Positions 27,757-39,989 of a stretch of DNA of 64,000 bases are shown here, piece after piece. The notes below the pieces were generated by a model, which saw only the letters and a program-made list of their open reading frames with translations, had not been told where the DNA came from and searched no databases. The stretch covers positions 16,430,001-16,494,000 of the forward strand of contig OZ024759.1 in assembly GCA_964016885.1 (NCBI GenBank), read 5' to 3'. The position numbers and the translations under genes are program-made. The stretch's first letter is position 1, and each line of letters begins with the position of its first letter. Source of the stretch: Eledone cirrhosa. Lineage: Eukaryota.

Positions 27757-28690
27757 CAGTGGTTCTCAACCTTTTTTTACTCATGGACCCCTTTCCCCCT
27801 TTTTTTTTTTTTTGTCGACCCCTCATAGCTATTCGACAAAAGAAAAGCTGATTCTATTTTTCACTAATAAAAATTAAAGGGATTATATTAATAATCAAAG
27901 AAATAGTAACTGATTATGATTTATTTTGAATGAAAACTAATTTAATGCAAATAAATTATTCTGCAATTAAATTCTATCGAACATTTATGCATAATAAACC
28001 ATTTTAAGATAAGTGTGTGATTAGAAAAAAAATGCAGATTTATTCAATGAGATCTCTCAGGTTGATGCTGCTCAGCGAGTTTCTTTATATCTGGTTCCAT
28101 CGATGTTAATGATAGTCGAAAATCACCTCTTTTCACAATGTCAAGTCTATTGCGAACCTTTGGCAACAAGTGAGAAACACGACTAAATCCTAATTCAACC
28201 AGGTAAGATGATGGAAAAGCAATAACGTAGAGCTGTGCTTTAACCCAGAATAATGGATACTTTGTAACAATATCATTTGTTTTCCATATATTATACTTCC
28301 CATCTTTGTATTTTGCGCGCATTATTTCATCACTTTGTAATTCAATGAGGGGCTCCTGCAAAGAAATGTCTATATCAATCAAAAGTCAGCGACCGAACTA
28401 GGGAAGGTAGATATTTGCCCTAAAAATAAACATCAAAGGTCGCCGCTTGCTCCCTGAGAAAAGATAAGAGATGTTCACCTTCATTTGTTCTTACCACTGA
28501 CCGATGGGTGAGTAGCTAGGTTAAAAGGAAATACAAAAGAAATAAAGTTAGGAAGAATCATTCATATATATTCTCTTTATTTCAATAGGGTGTAAATTAC
28601 AGTATAAATTTTATTTTTAGTAATAACAACCGTTATGAAGTGGAATTGCTCCATGGACCACCAAAATATCACTGTGGACCCCCAATTTAC
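27757..28690 (-). mobile_element. Internally deleted hAT (Charlie/Buster-like) DNA transposon
   Basis: End CAGTGGTTCTCAACCTTTT..GGACCCC. ORF 28044-28382 encodes a hAT C-terminal dimerisation region (FPSSYLVELGFS...RNRLDI...GDFRLSLT..EPDI). Confidence 0.85.
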
Positions 28691-29263
28691 CTCACATAAT
28701 TATCTCACATAATATCGAATCTATGAGATTTTGAAAGTATTTATTTTGAGAACAATACCTTAACATCAGTTTGAGCAACCAGTTACAGCCAGTTTCAACA
28801 GAAAGAGGTAGAGAATTCTGGCCGGTTTGAACCCTCAAGGGTTAAGTGAGATATTATGTGAGGTGAAGCCTTTACCATGAAAATACAATAGTAAATATTG
28901 AGTAATGTAAATACTAAAGGGTTAAACAGGTGAAATTGGGCAGGACCCTTTGTCAGAGAAGAACAAATATTATTGTGCACAATGTTAGAATTTTCCACTT
29001 GTTCCCAAGAAACAAATTTAAAATGAAACAATGAATTAATGAAAGAATGGTTTCTAAATTTGGCACTAGGTCAGCACTTTTGTTGGGGAAATGTGGTGGG
29101 TGGAAAAGTCGGTAATACCCCTCACCTCACTATTTGACTGGAATATATATAATAAAAATGAAAATTATTGGATACAGTGCTCAGGTGCACTACAACTCAT
29201 CAAAGGTGCATGTACGAATGTCAGGAAAGTGAACAGTGTATGAGTCATAATATACACAGATAC

Positions 29264-29912
29264 ATTAGGAATAAGAGGGATCAGATGCTGTTTACTCGAG
29301 AGAAGACTATGTTGGTATGGTCACGTGATGCGCATAAAAGACGACAGCTGTATAAAAAAGTGCAGGGCGATAAAAATAGACGGTAGCCACGGAGTAGGCA
29401 GACCCAGAAAAACCTGGGACGACTTGATAAATTCCGACCTCACACACTTACACCTCTCCAAGAAAATGTCACTGGACTGAGATCTTTGGCACTACACAGT
29501 AACACGGAAGACCCGCCTTGCCTAAGTACAAAGCGAAACCTACAGTCAATAGGCACCTCTAACAAAAATACACCCCCGTCCCACTACCCCCCACCCCATC
29601 CACACCACCCCCTTTAATGTAAAGTTATGTTGGTACCACAACATCCAGTCCGAAATAAATGAGGTCGTGTAGGTGTCACGACAAAAAAAACACACAGTCC
29701 ACGCTGTAATGTGGCCGTGTAAGTAACACGGTAAAAACCTCCCTGTCCACACTGTAAACGTGGTTGGTGTTAGGAAGGGCAGCCAGCCGTAGAAAACCCG
29801 CCAGGCAGTCCTATACGAGCAAGACAACCAATCTTGCCTCAAGTGGGAAAATTCCCGTCCAAACCCATGCTAGCGTGGAAGATGGACGTTAAACGATGAT
29901 GATGATGATGAT
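29264..29912 (+). mobile_element. 5'-truncated copy of the same RTE family as 45041-51313, inserted into a CR1 tail
   Basis: Closely matches 50544-51313 (ORF end, 3' UTR, (GAT)n tail). CR1-like 3' sequence lies on both sides. Confidence 0.9.
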
Positions 29913-31715
29913 GCGTGCATGTGTATGGAGGGGGAATATCAGGTGTAGTGTTGGAGAATTTTGGGAAGTATAGAAGTTAATAATAATAATTGTTTCTACT
30001 TTAGGCACAAGGCCAGCAATTACCCAGTGCATTACTGGTACTTTATTTTATCAACCTCGTAAGGATGAAAGGCAAAGTTAACCTCAGCTGGATTTGAACT
30101 CAGAACATAAAGTGCAGTAACTCTATGCTGCAAAACATGTTGTCCAATGCTCTACCAATACTGTTAATTCATCATCATCATCATCATTTTACATCCACTT
30201 TTCCTTGCTTGCAAGGGTGGGACAGGAACTGATTCTGGCTTGATTTCTACAGCTGGATGCCCTTCCTAACACCAACCTCATTTACAGTGAGTGCTGGGCG
30301 CTTTTTTGCCGTGGCACCTCCACGACCATTTTGCAATGGAATGATATGGACCCCAGTCCCTATCATCTCATTTCTACAGCTGAGTAAAGTGGAGCAATGT
30401 GAAATAAAGTGTCTTGCTCAAGGAAACAACACATCACCCGTTCTGAGAATTGAACTCACAACCTTTCGATTGCAAGGCCAATGCTCTAACCACTAAGCCA
30501 TGTGCCTCATCACCCAAATACAATGATAATAATGATTTCTAGTATAGGCACAAGGCCAGTAATTTGGGGGCAGGGGAAGTCGATTAAATCGATCCCAGTG
30601 CATTACTGGTGTGGATTGGCAGTATCGGTAGAGAGTCGGACGCCATGCTTTCCAGCATAGTTACGTCCCTTTATGGTCTGAGTTCAAATCCCGCCGAGGT
30701 TAACTTTGCCTTTCATCCTTACGGGGTCGATAAAATAAAGTACCAGTAATATACTGGGTAATTGCTGGCCTTGTGCCTAAAGTAGAAACAATTATTGGTG
30801 CTATATTTTTATCGACCCACTAAGGATGGAAAGCGAAGTTAACCTCAGCTGGATTTGAACTCAGAACATAAAGAGCCATAACTCTATGCTGCAAAACATG
30901 TTGTCATTGCTTTACCGATACTGCTAATTCATCGCCCAAATACAATAATAATAATTGCTTCTACTTTAGGCACAAGGCCAGCAATTACCCAGTGCATTAC
31001 TGGTACTTTATTTTATCGACCCCGTACGGATGAAAGGCAAAGTCAACCTCGGCGGGATTTGAACTCATACCGTAAAGGGACGTAACTCTATGCTGGAAAA
31101 CATGGCGTCCGACCCTCTACCGATACTGCCAATCCATATTGAGAGAGCAAGATAGATGTTAGAAAAAACATTTGCCTCCTATCACCTAGACAAGCTGGTA
31201 TAATCCAGAGCTTAATAGATCATATGACAGTAATGTGTCATCTTGTAGGTGGTTTTGGTGGTGTGTGTCATAATGGGGGAGATGGTGATGGTGATGGTGA
31301 TGTTTGTCATAATGTAGCAGGTGGTGGTGGTGGTGGTGATGGTGATGGCAGTGGTAATTTTCCAGCAAATATAACAATTCTTTAATCATTTTAAATCCAG
31401 TTTACAACTTAACCACAACTTCCTTAATATACCTTCTTCTTCTTCTGCTGCTGCTGCTGCTGATTCTTCTTCTTCTTCTTCTTCTTCTTCTTCTTCTTCT
31501 TCTTGAGAGGCTAGTGGCAACATATATACATATATATATATATATAAAATAGATAGATAAATATACACGGGTGTGTATGATTGTGTATAGAAGATTATAT
31601 TAATAAGAGGAATTCAAACTTTGTCTGATTTACTCGTTTTATTTACAATCCTTTAAAATTTATAATGGTATTATAATGAAATAGTATGATAGAATATTAA
31701 ATGTTAAGTGTTAAT

Positions 31716-31754
31716 TAAACAAGTACTTTCATGCTTTCGCAATCTTCAGGTTCA
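31716..31754 (-). ncRNA. Minimal type I hammerhead-like motif
   Basis: TGAAC-CTGAAGA-TTGC GAAA GCAT-GAAA-GTAC-TT-GTTTA: stem I 5 bp, GNRA-capped stem II with a U.U closing mismatch, palindromic stem III AGTACT. Confidence 0.5.
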
Positions 31755-31848
31755 TAATGTGTGGTGACAGTCAAGTTTGCAATTTTCAACTGTGAGTATA
31801 TATATATATATATATATACATACATATATACAGGTAGGACATATATAG

Positions 31849-32230
31849 AGTTGCTGAAGCATGGAACAAACTGCCTGCGTCAATTGTTAGCTGCCGAGAC
31901 AGTGCATCCTTTAAGACACTCATGCTTCCCGAAATACGCCAAAACTACACCTGATGTACCCCTTCCATACACATGCACACATGTGTGTATCATGACTCGT
32001 GCACTGTTCATTTTACTGATGTTTGTGCATTGCCCTATGTACTGTACATGCACTTTTTTGATGAGTTGTGGTGCACCTGGGCACTGTACACAATATTTCA
32101 TTATTGTTATTATTATTATTATATCATGACTCATACACTGTTCATTTTCCTGACATTTGTACATTATTCTATGTACTATACATGCACCTTTGATGAGTTG
32201 TAGTGCACCTGAGCACTGTACACAATAATT

Positions 32231-32260
<30 letters not shown>
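31849..32260 (+). mobile_element. CR1-like LINE 3' end (also 62103-62365+, 19930-20150+)
   Basis: VAEAWNKLPASIVS...SFK C-terminal motif, 3' UTR and (ATT)n tail. Confidence 0.7.
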
Positions 32261-32269
<9 letters not shown>

Positions 32270-32564
32270 CCGAATAATTTTGTCATCTGGTCATTAATAA
32301 ATACTATAAAAATAATAGAAATAAAACTAATAATTGTTTCTACTTTTGGCACAAGGCCAGCAATTACCAGTACATTACTGGTACTTTATTTTATCGACCC
32401 CCCCTCCCGTGAGGATGAAAGGCCAAGTTAACCTCATGATACTGATACAAAGCTGGTGGTAACTGTGTTAGAAAGGTGAACAGCTTTTGCAAATAAAAGT
32501 ACTGCCTGCTATCATCTAGCTAGACAAGCTGCTGTGAGCCAAGCTTAACAGATCCCATGATGGG

Positions 32565-33535
32565 CTGTCTGATGGTGATGTTGTTGTTGTTGGTGGTGGT
32601 GGTGATGGTGGTGGTGGTGGTGGTGGAGGAGGTGATGGTGGTGGTGGTGTTGATGTCGGTGGTGTTGGTGGAGGTGGTGGTGGTGGTGATGGTGGTGGTG
32701 TTGGTGTTGGTAGTGGTGGTGGTGGTGGTGTTGGTGGTGGTTGTGGCGTCATCCTTTGTATTGTGGATGTCTGATGGTGGTGGTGGTGGTGGTGGTGGTG
32801 GTGGAGGTGTTGGTGGTGGTGGTGGTGGAGGTGGTGGTGGTGGTGTTGTTGGTGGTGGTGTTGTTGGTGGTGGTGGTGGTGTTGGTGGTGGTGGTGGTGA
32901 TGATGGTGGTGATGGTGGAGGTGTTGGTGGTGGTTGTGGCGTCATCCTTTGTATTGTGGATGTCTGATGGTGGTGGTGGTGGTGGTGGTGGTGGTGGTGG
33001 TGGTGGTGGAGGTGGTGATGGTGGTGGTGGTGTTGGTGATGGTGGTGGTGGTGGAGGTGTTGGTGGTGGAGTTGATGGTGGTGGTTGTGGTGATGGTGGT
33101 GGTGGTGTTGGTGGTGGTGGTGGTGTTGGTGGTGGTGGTGGTGGTGGTGTTGGTGATGGTGGTGGTGGTGGAGGTGTTGGTGGTGGAGTTGATGGTGGTG
33201 GTTGTGGTGATGGTGGTGGTGGTGTTGGTGGAGGTGTTGGTGGTGGTGGTGGTGGTGGTGGTGGTGGTGGAGGTGTTGGTGGTGATGGTGGTGGTGGAGA
33301 TGGTGGTGCTGGTGGTGTTGATGTTGGTGGTGTTGGTGGAGGTGGTGATGGTGGTGGTGGTGGTGGTGATGGTGATGGTGGTGTCATCCTCTGTGCTGTG
33401 GGTGTGATGGTGGTGGTGGTGGTGATGGAGAAAGTGTTGGTGGTGGTGATGGTGTTGTTGATAATGATGATGGTGGTAGTGGTGATAGTGGTGGTGATGG
33501 TGTTGATGATGGTGATGGTGGTGTTGCTGTTAGTG
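32565..33535. repeat. Long imperfect (GGT)n tract with an internal duplication
   Basis: Direct inspection; GCGTCATCCTTTGTATTGTGGATGTCTGA is repeated. Confidence 0.9.
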
Positions 33536-34350
33536 TTTGAGAAGTGAACACCTGGAAATGTGTTGTGTTTTGCCCAAGGGGATCAGTAATTAGTATTAAT
33601 ATTGGTGTGAAGGGCGGTGGATTGGCAGAATCGGTAGAGCGTCGGACAACATGCTTTGTGGCATACAGTTACATCCCTTTATGTTGGCTTTGCCTTTCAG
33701 GGTCGATAAAATAAAGTACCAGATTTAATCGACTTTCCCCTTCCCAACAGTTGTCTAGAAAGTAATAAGTGTGGGTTCAACCTCCACACTTGCTGATGCC
33801 CATTTTTTTCTGTTCAGTAGGGGCTTATATCCTCTGTTATTAAACTGCTAGCTGGCCCTGTGCCGTCAAAAATGATGGCTAATTGTAATATCTATACATA
33901 ATATAAAAAAGAGATGTTTGTTGGTTAGTTGGTTGGTTCCTTCACACTCACTCACACAAGTGATACAAACACACAGCTATGTCAAATCTTAGAATACTGG
34001 ACTTCTATAGTTTCTCCCCTCCCCTTCTACAGACATCACATAGATGTGTGTGTATTAGACGCCTCTTCCTTCCTCAGTCGACATAATCACCCCTTCCTTC
34101 CTCAGTCAACATAATCACCCCTTCCTTCCTCAGTCGACATAATCACCTCCTCCTTCCTCAGTCGACATAATCACCCTTTCCTTCCTCAGTCATCTCTAGT
34201 GTGTGATGGACAAATACACAAGGCTATTATATTAGTATATTTTCTGTGGTTAAAAAATTTGTTGAAAGATTCTAATTCAATTTTCATATATATATATGTA
34301 TATATATCAATGATATTAATAAATGGAAAATATATTTATAAAACTATATT

Positions 34351-34411
34351 TATTCTATTATATATATTTCAAGGGTACCAAAACTTTGGTACGCTCTCAT
34401 CAGATAAAATA
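34351..34411 (-). ncRNA. Type I hammerhead ribozyme motif (mirror copy on the plus strand at 34529-34589)
   Basis: Stem I TATTTTAT/ATAGAATA, CTGATGA, stem II GAGCGTACCAAA/TTTGGTACCCTT, GAAA, palindromic stem III ATATATAT, AUA site. Confidence 0.78.
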
Positions 34412-34744
34412 CAAAGTTTGTTTTATAAATATTGACATATCCAGGAATGAGACCTTAACGGTTCAAGTTTTACCTGGATAGTTAAGGTCTCATTCCTGAA
34501 TATGTCAATATTTATAAAACAAACTTTGTATTTTATCTGATGAGAGCATACCAAAGTTTTGGTACCCTTGAAATAAATATAATAGAATAAATATGGTTTT
34601 ATAAATATATTTTCCATTTATTAATATCATTGATATTATACTCCAGAAAACCTGTTGAGTGCTTCGAATCTGTTATAAATATATATATTTGTTGAATTAC
34701 CAACAAATTAAATATCCCTTTGCTTATATGTATATATATACATA

Positions 34745-35242
34745 TCATCATCATCATCATCATCATCATTTTACGTCCGCTTTTCCCTGCTTGCAAGGGT
34801 GGGACGGGTCTTATTCAGCAAAGCATCTCTCCACTTGTCACGGTCCTTCGTCATCTCCACCGTGAGCTTCAGCGATCTGATGTCTGTTCTCATCACCTCC
34901 GCTCATGTTTTTCGTGGTCTACCTCTACCACGTCTTCCTTCAACTGGCATTTCCTGGCACTTCTTCACCCATCGGTCATCCTCCATGCGTATCACATGTC
35001 CATACCACCTCAGTCTCCTCTCCCGTACACTACATTCTATCCCTCTCAGACACAGTTTCTCTCTCAACACATTTATGCTGGGTCGTTCACGCACATTTAC
35101 ACTGCACATCCAACGGAGCACGCTTACCTCATTTCTCTCCAGCCGCCGCATATCCTCTGCAGTTGCTGCCCATGTCTCACTACCATGCAGCATCGCGCTC
35201 CTCACACAGGCATCATATAACCGCCCTTTCGTACGCAGGGAG

Positions 35243-35243
<1 letters not shown>
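34745..35243 (-). mobile_element. 5'-truncated RTE copy (related subfamily)
   Basis: KGRLYDACVRSAMLHGSETW...LRWYGHV...GRPRKT with an (ATG)n tail. Confidence 0.9.
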
Positions 35244-35306
<63 letters not shown>

Positions 35307-35349
35307 ATGATATATATTCAACGTCCAGCCCATTCATCAGATGAAATAG

Positions 35350-35417
35350 TTCATCTGATGAACAGGCTGAACCTTTTTATAAGGATCGTCTAATTTCTTG
35401 AAACCTTTGGTAATGGA
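35350..35417 (+). ncRNA. Type I hammerhead ribozyme motif, same family as the 24.5-kb element
   Basis: TTCAT-CTGATGA(35355)-imperfect stem II-GAAA(35400)-CCTTTGG-TA-ATGGA. Downstream ~100 bp is homologous to the 24.4-kb element. Confidence 0.65.
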
Positions 35418-36485
35418 ATAATTATATTGTGTTGTTTATTATGTAATTAAAATTAAATAGCTCTGTACTGTACAAAGAGCACTCTTCTTTCCTTTACATT
35501 TTCTACGGAAATACTTAACACACACACACACATATAGTTGTTGCTAGCGGTCCTTTCACTAAATTGTAAATTTACTCTAATTTATTCATTTGAATAAAAT
35601 GGTACTCCTCTTACATTGATGCCCTTAAACATGTACTTATTTTACAAAATGGTTAATCCAGTCAAGATTACAAGGGAACCAGATGTAGTTTATATCAACC
35701 AGTAAATTTTACTTTAATCTTTAATCTATTCTGGATTTCTTGAAAATTACTAACAATTGTGTCAAGTCAAGATTTTCTGTTTTCTGTCTCAAATTCAGCT
35801 CTTGATATTTCATTAGAAATATATGGTAGTGAAAGTGTGTATGTTGTTTAAGTAATATTGTCCTATTATAACGAGCTGTTAATATTTCACGAGAAATATG
35901 GTAATGAAAGTGCTAATAAGCAAGTTTGTTTTGAAACAGCGAGCGAATTTGAAAATAGAAACAGAATCTTTCACCATATTTTTAACTAAAGAAATTTTAG
36001 CCTGATAGTGGGGTTTAGCACCCTCTAAGAAATAGAAAAAGACGAGTATTGATGTACATGGGAGTCAAACCCACATCTTTGGTTATCCAGACTACTGTGC
36101 TACCATTACAATAACATAGTAACACAGTGGTCTGGATAATCAAAGTTGTGGGTTCAAATCCCATGTAATGTCAAAACTCATCTTTTTCCATTTCTTAGAG
36201 TGTTTTAAATCCCACAATCAGGCTAAAATTTCTTGAGTCAGAAATACAGTGAAAGTATTAATGTGGTTTAAGTAATATTGCCCCAAATTGTCAAGTTGTT
36301 TATAGTAACAAGCTGTTAAGTTTTAAAGAAATGTTTACAATGTCATTTTAAGATAGCAACATCATGATGATGCTGTACTTCCTTAACAGAATACTGGCAC
36401 AAAATAGATAAACAGTAAATAACATAGTGATAACATATCTCTCTTGTGCGGGGATACAAACTTAGACACACACATGCATATATAA

Positions 36486-36529
<44 letters not shown>

Positions 36530-37058
36530 CATCATCATCATCATCATCATCATCATTTTACGTATGCTTTTCCCTGCCTGTAAGGGTGGGACGGGAACTG
36601 ATTCTGGCTTGATTTCTACAGCTGGATGCCCTTCCTAACACCAACCTCATTTACAGTGAGTGCTGGGTGCTTTTTTTCTGTGGCACCTCCACGTCCACTT
36701 TACAGTGTGGGCTGGGTGCTTTTTTGCCGTGGCACCTCCACGACCACTTTGCAGTGGAATGGGGTCCCTATCATCTCATTTCTACAGCTGAGTAAACTGG
36801 AGCAATGTGAAATAAAGTGTCTTGCTCAAGGAAACAACACATCACTCAGTCTGAGAATTATACTCACAACCTTTCGATTGCAAGGCCAATGCTCTAACCA
36901 CTAAGCCATGTGCCTCCACAATATATTATATATATATATAATTAGAATTTAGCTTTGACAAAGCTGTATACAAATGTGTATATGAATTTTGTATACAGAT
37001 ATATTCATATACACATTACAAATGTGTATATGAATATATCTAAAGATAGATATATGCC

Positions 37059-37118
<60 letters not shown>

Positions 37119-39199
37119 AACACACATACACACACATTCATAGCTGTGGTTTTCAAAATGTTTATTTAAAAACATATCGTATATCTTTAGATATACGAAA
37201 TTCACACACACACTCACACACATATATATCATCATCATCAACATGATCATCACCGTTTTACGTCCATTCTTCCACACTAGCATGGGTTAGACGGGTATTT
37301 ATTTTATATTTATATGTCATTCGACTTTTAATTTAATATATATATATATATATTTATGAAATAAACAACACAATATATATATATGGCTTAGTGGTTAGAC
37401 CATTGGCCTTGCAATCGAAAGGTTGTGAGTTCAATTGTCAGACCGGGTGATGTGTTGTTTCCTTGAGCAAGACACTTTATTTCACATTGCTCCACTTTAC
37501 TCAGCTGTAGAAATGAGATGATAGGGACTGAGGTCCATATCATTCCATTGCAAAGTGATCGTGGAGGTGCCACGCCAAAAAAGCACCCAGCCCAGACTGT
37601 AAATGAGGTTGGTGTTAGGAAGGGCATCCAGCTGTAGAAATCAAGCCAGAATCAGTTCCCGTCACACCCTTGCAAGCAGGGAAAAAGCGGATGTAAAATG
37701 AAATGATGATGATGAGATATATATAATTGGTGTTGGATGCTTAAAGGGTCCGTATGTGGTACTTTGCTCTATGAGAGCATCGAATGCTCATACGGCCTAC
37801 CACATACGGACACTTTAAGCATCCAACACCAATTATATATATCTCATCATCATCATCATTTCATTTTACGTACGCTTTATAATGGTTTCTAATTTAGGCA
37901 TAATCTAAAAGAGGAAGAGTAATAAAAAAAAATTACTGATAATTGCTCATTCATTTATCAGTAAATTTGATCCCATTAATAAATTGTCAATATTTTGTTG
38001 AATTCCTTTTAGGGAATGCCCATAACTTTTCATAGATATTTACATTTTAACCTTATTATATTTATTTAGGCCAGTAAAGTAATTTAACCTGTTCTACTAC
38101 AAGCAATTTTGATTTTTAAAAATTGTTCTCTATCACCATGAGTTGTCATATTCACAACATCACACCCCTTCCATAAACTTTATATCAAACAAATGAAAAA
38201 AAAAGAGGATAAAATTATGATAAACCATAGAAAAACTGGAATTTGGAAAATATTATTATCAAAAATAAAGAAAAATAAACTGGAAAAAATTATATAGAAC
38301 AGTGATTCTCCAATGGATGACACTTGACTCTCAGGAAAGGAATTTTAGCCAGAAGATTTTAAACAGGTACAAACACTTTAAAAAATGGTGGTGTGTGGCT
38401 TAGTGGTAAGTGTCTTGGACATACAAACATAATGTTGTGGGTTCGATTCCTTGACTGGGTTGTGTGTTGTGTTCTTGAACAAAACACTTCATTTCATGTT
38501 GATCCAGTATACTCACCTGAGTATACTGGAGCAATAGCTGGGGGTTTAACCACATGATGGACTGGTATCCTCTCCAGGGACAGTCTTGTACTCTTAGTTG
38601 CTTAATGTCACAGAAACTGGGATAAATTCTGGTTTGATGAGTATCCAGGCTCAAGAGAGACTTTAGAAATACTTAAACATAAACAGTTTTGTATCATAGG
38701 ACCAGGAGGGGGGGAGTATCAAAAGTGTTAATCTTTATGGGTTTTTACTCTTCAAAGTTGGGGTTATAAAATTCTAAAGTGCAAATATCATCATCATTAT
38801 TTATTTATTTCATCGGGGTCAATAAAATAAAGTACCAGTAATACACTGGGATAATTGCTGGCCTTGTGCCTAAAGTAGAAACAATTATTTATTTATTTCA
38901 AAATATTGTACTTAAATGGTGACATATTGCTAGAGCAATTGGAACATTGGATAGAATGCTTTATGGCATTTGTTCCAGCTCTAACACTCTCTGAGTCAAC
39001 TTTGCTTTTCATCATCTATTTCTCACATCCTCTCTCTCTTTCCCTTTCCTTATTTGGTAGTAATCAGTTATGTCGAAACAGAGAAGGATGGGCCCTGCTA
39101 GGTTCAAAATGCCCAAGACATTGTATGTCCCTACGGTGCTTCTACAACTCCACCAGGAATTACATGTCCAGGTGCACATATATATATACATACATGGTG

Positions 39200-39800
39200 G
39201 CTGCCAACTCGTTTTCGAGTACGGCCACTACTTTATATGCATGTAGGAGAACTCCTACCGATGCTCTGAACGAGTGTGACTTTTTAGTCCAGCCAGCGAC
39301 TTGAAAACTCTGGTACAAACACTACACTTGTGACAATTATTGACACATAGTGCTGGGCCCATGGTACCATGTGACGACAAGTGCAGAGAGATCTCCAGAT
39401 ATAAAGCAATGCCTGTGCCGTGAAGCTTTTATAGTGAGCAAAGGCACTGCACAAAGCCAGGCCCACTCTCTTAACCAAGATGATATTTACCAAAAAGAAG
39501 AACAAGTCAACATCATTGGATACCATCAGGGTTGCAGGTGTTATATCAGAGTTTTCCTTCTCCTAGAATTCTGCCTTGACAAAGGCTAAGGGGTCATCTC
39601 TCCTGGTGATTTTGGATGGCCATTGACTCTTAAGAGCTCCTTTGCCCTTTGACAGGTTTTGTTTTTAGTCCTGCAGGATGTCCAAAGTCACCCTCCTCAC
39701 CAAGAAACCTTGGTGGGGTTGCCAGTTTAGTAGCCAACGACCCGACCATGAGACAGGTTGTACTGGGATACATGTTACCAGTAGCACCAACTGGTGACCT
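39200..39800 (-). mobile_element. Probable 5' UTR and start of another RTE-type LINE next to a (TACA)n tract
   Basis: Minus strand has AAACTGGCAACCCCACC, reminiscent of RTE 5' UTRs. No intact ORF. Confidence 0.35.
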
Positions 39801-39989
39801 GACATACATACATACATACATACATACATACATACTCACATACATACATACATACATACATACACACATACATACATACATACATACATACACACATACA
39901 TACATACATACATACATACATACATACATACATACGACAACATCAAATGTAGGTCTTCTTTCAGGCGGATCAAATCTGGCTTGGACCAA

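Noticed and set aside
32516-33547. Pro/Gly/Val-rich ORFs resembling extensin or formin
   Set aside because: Simple (GGT)n tract open in several frames, with no splice context or domain.
39700-39800. Possible HDV-like ribozyme in the minus-strand LINE 5' UTR
   Set aside because: P1 is mismatched and P3/L3 register is off. Too decayed to support.
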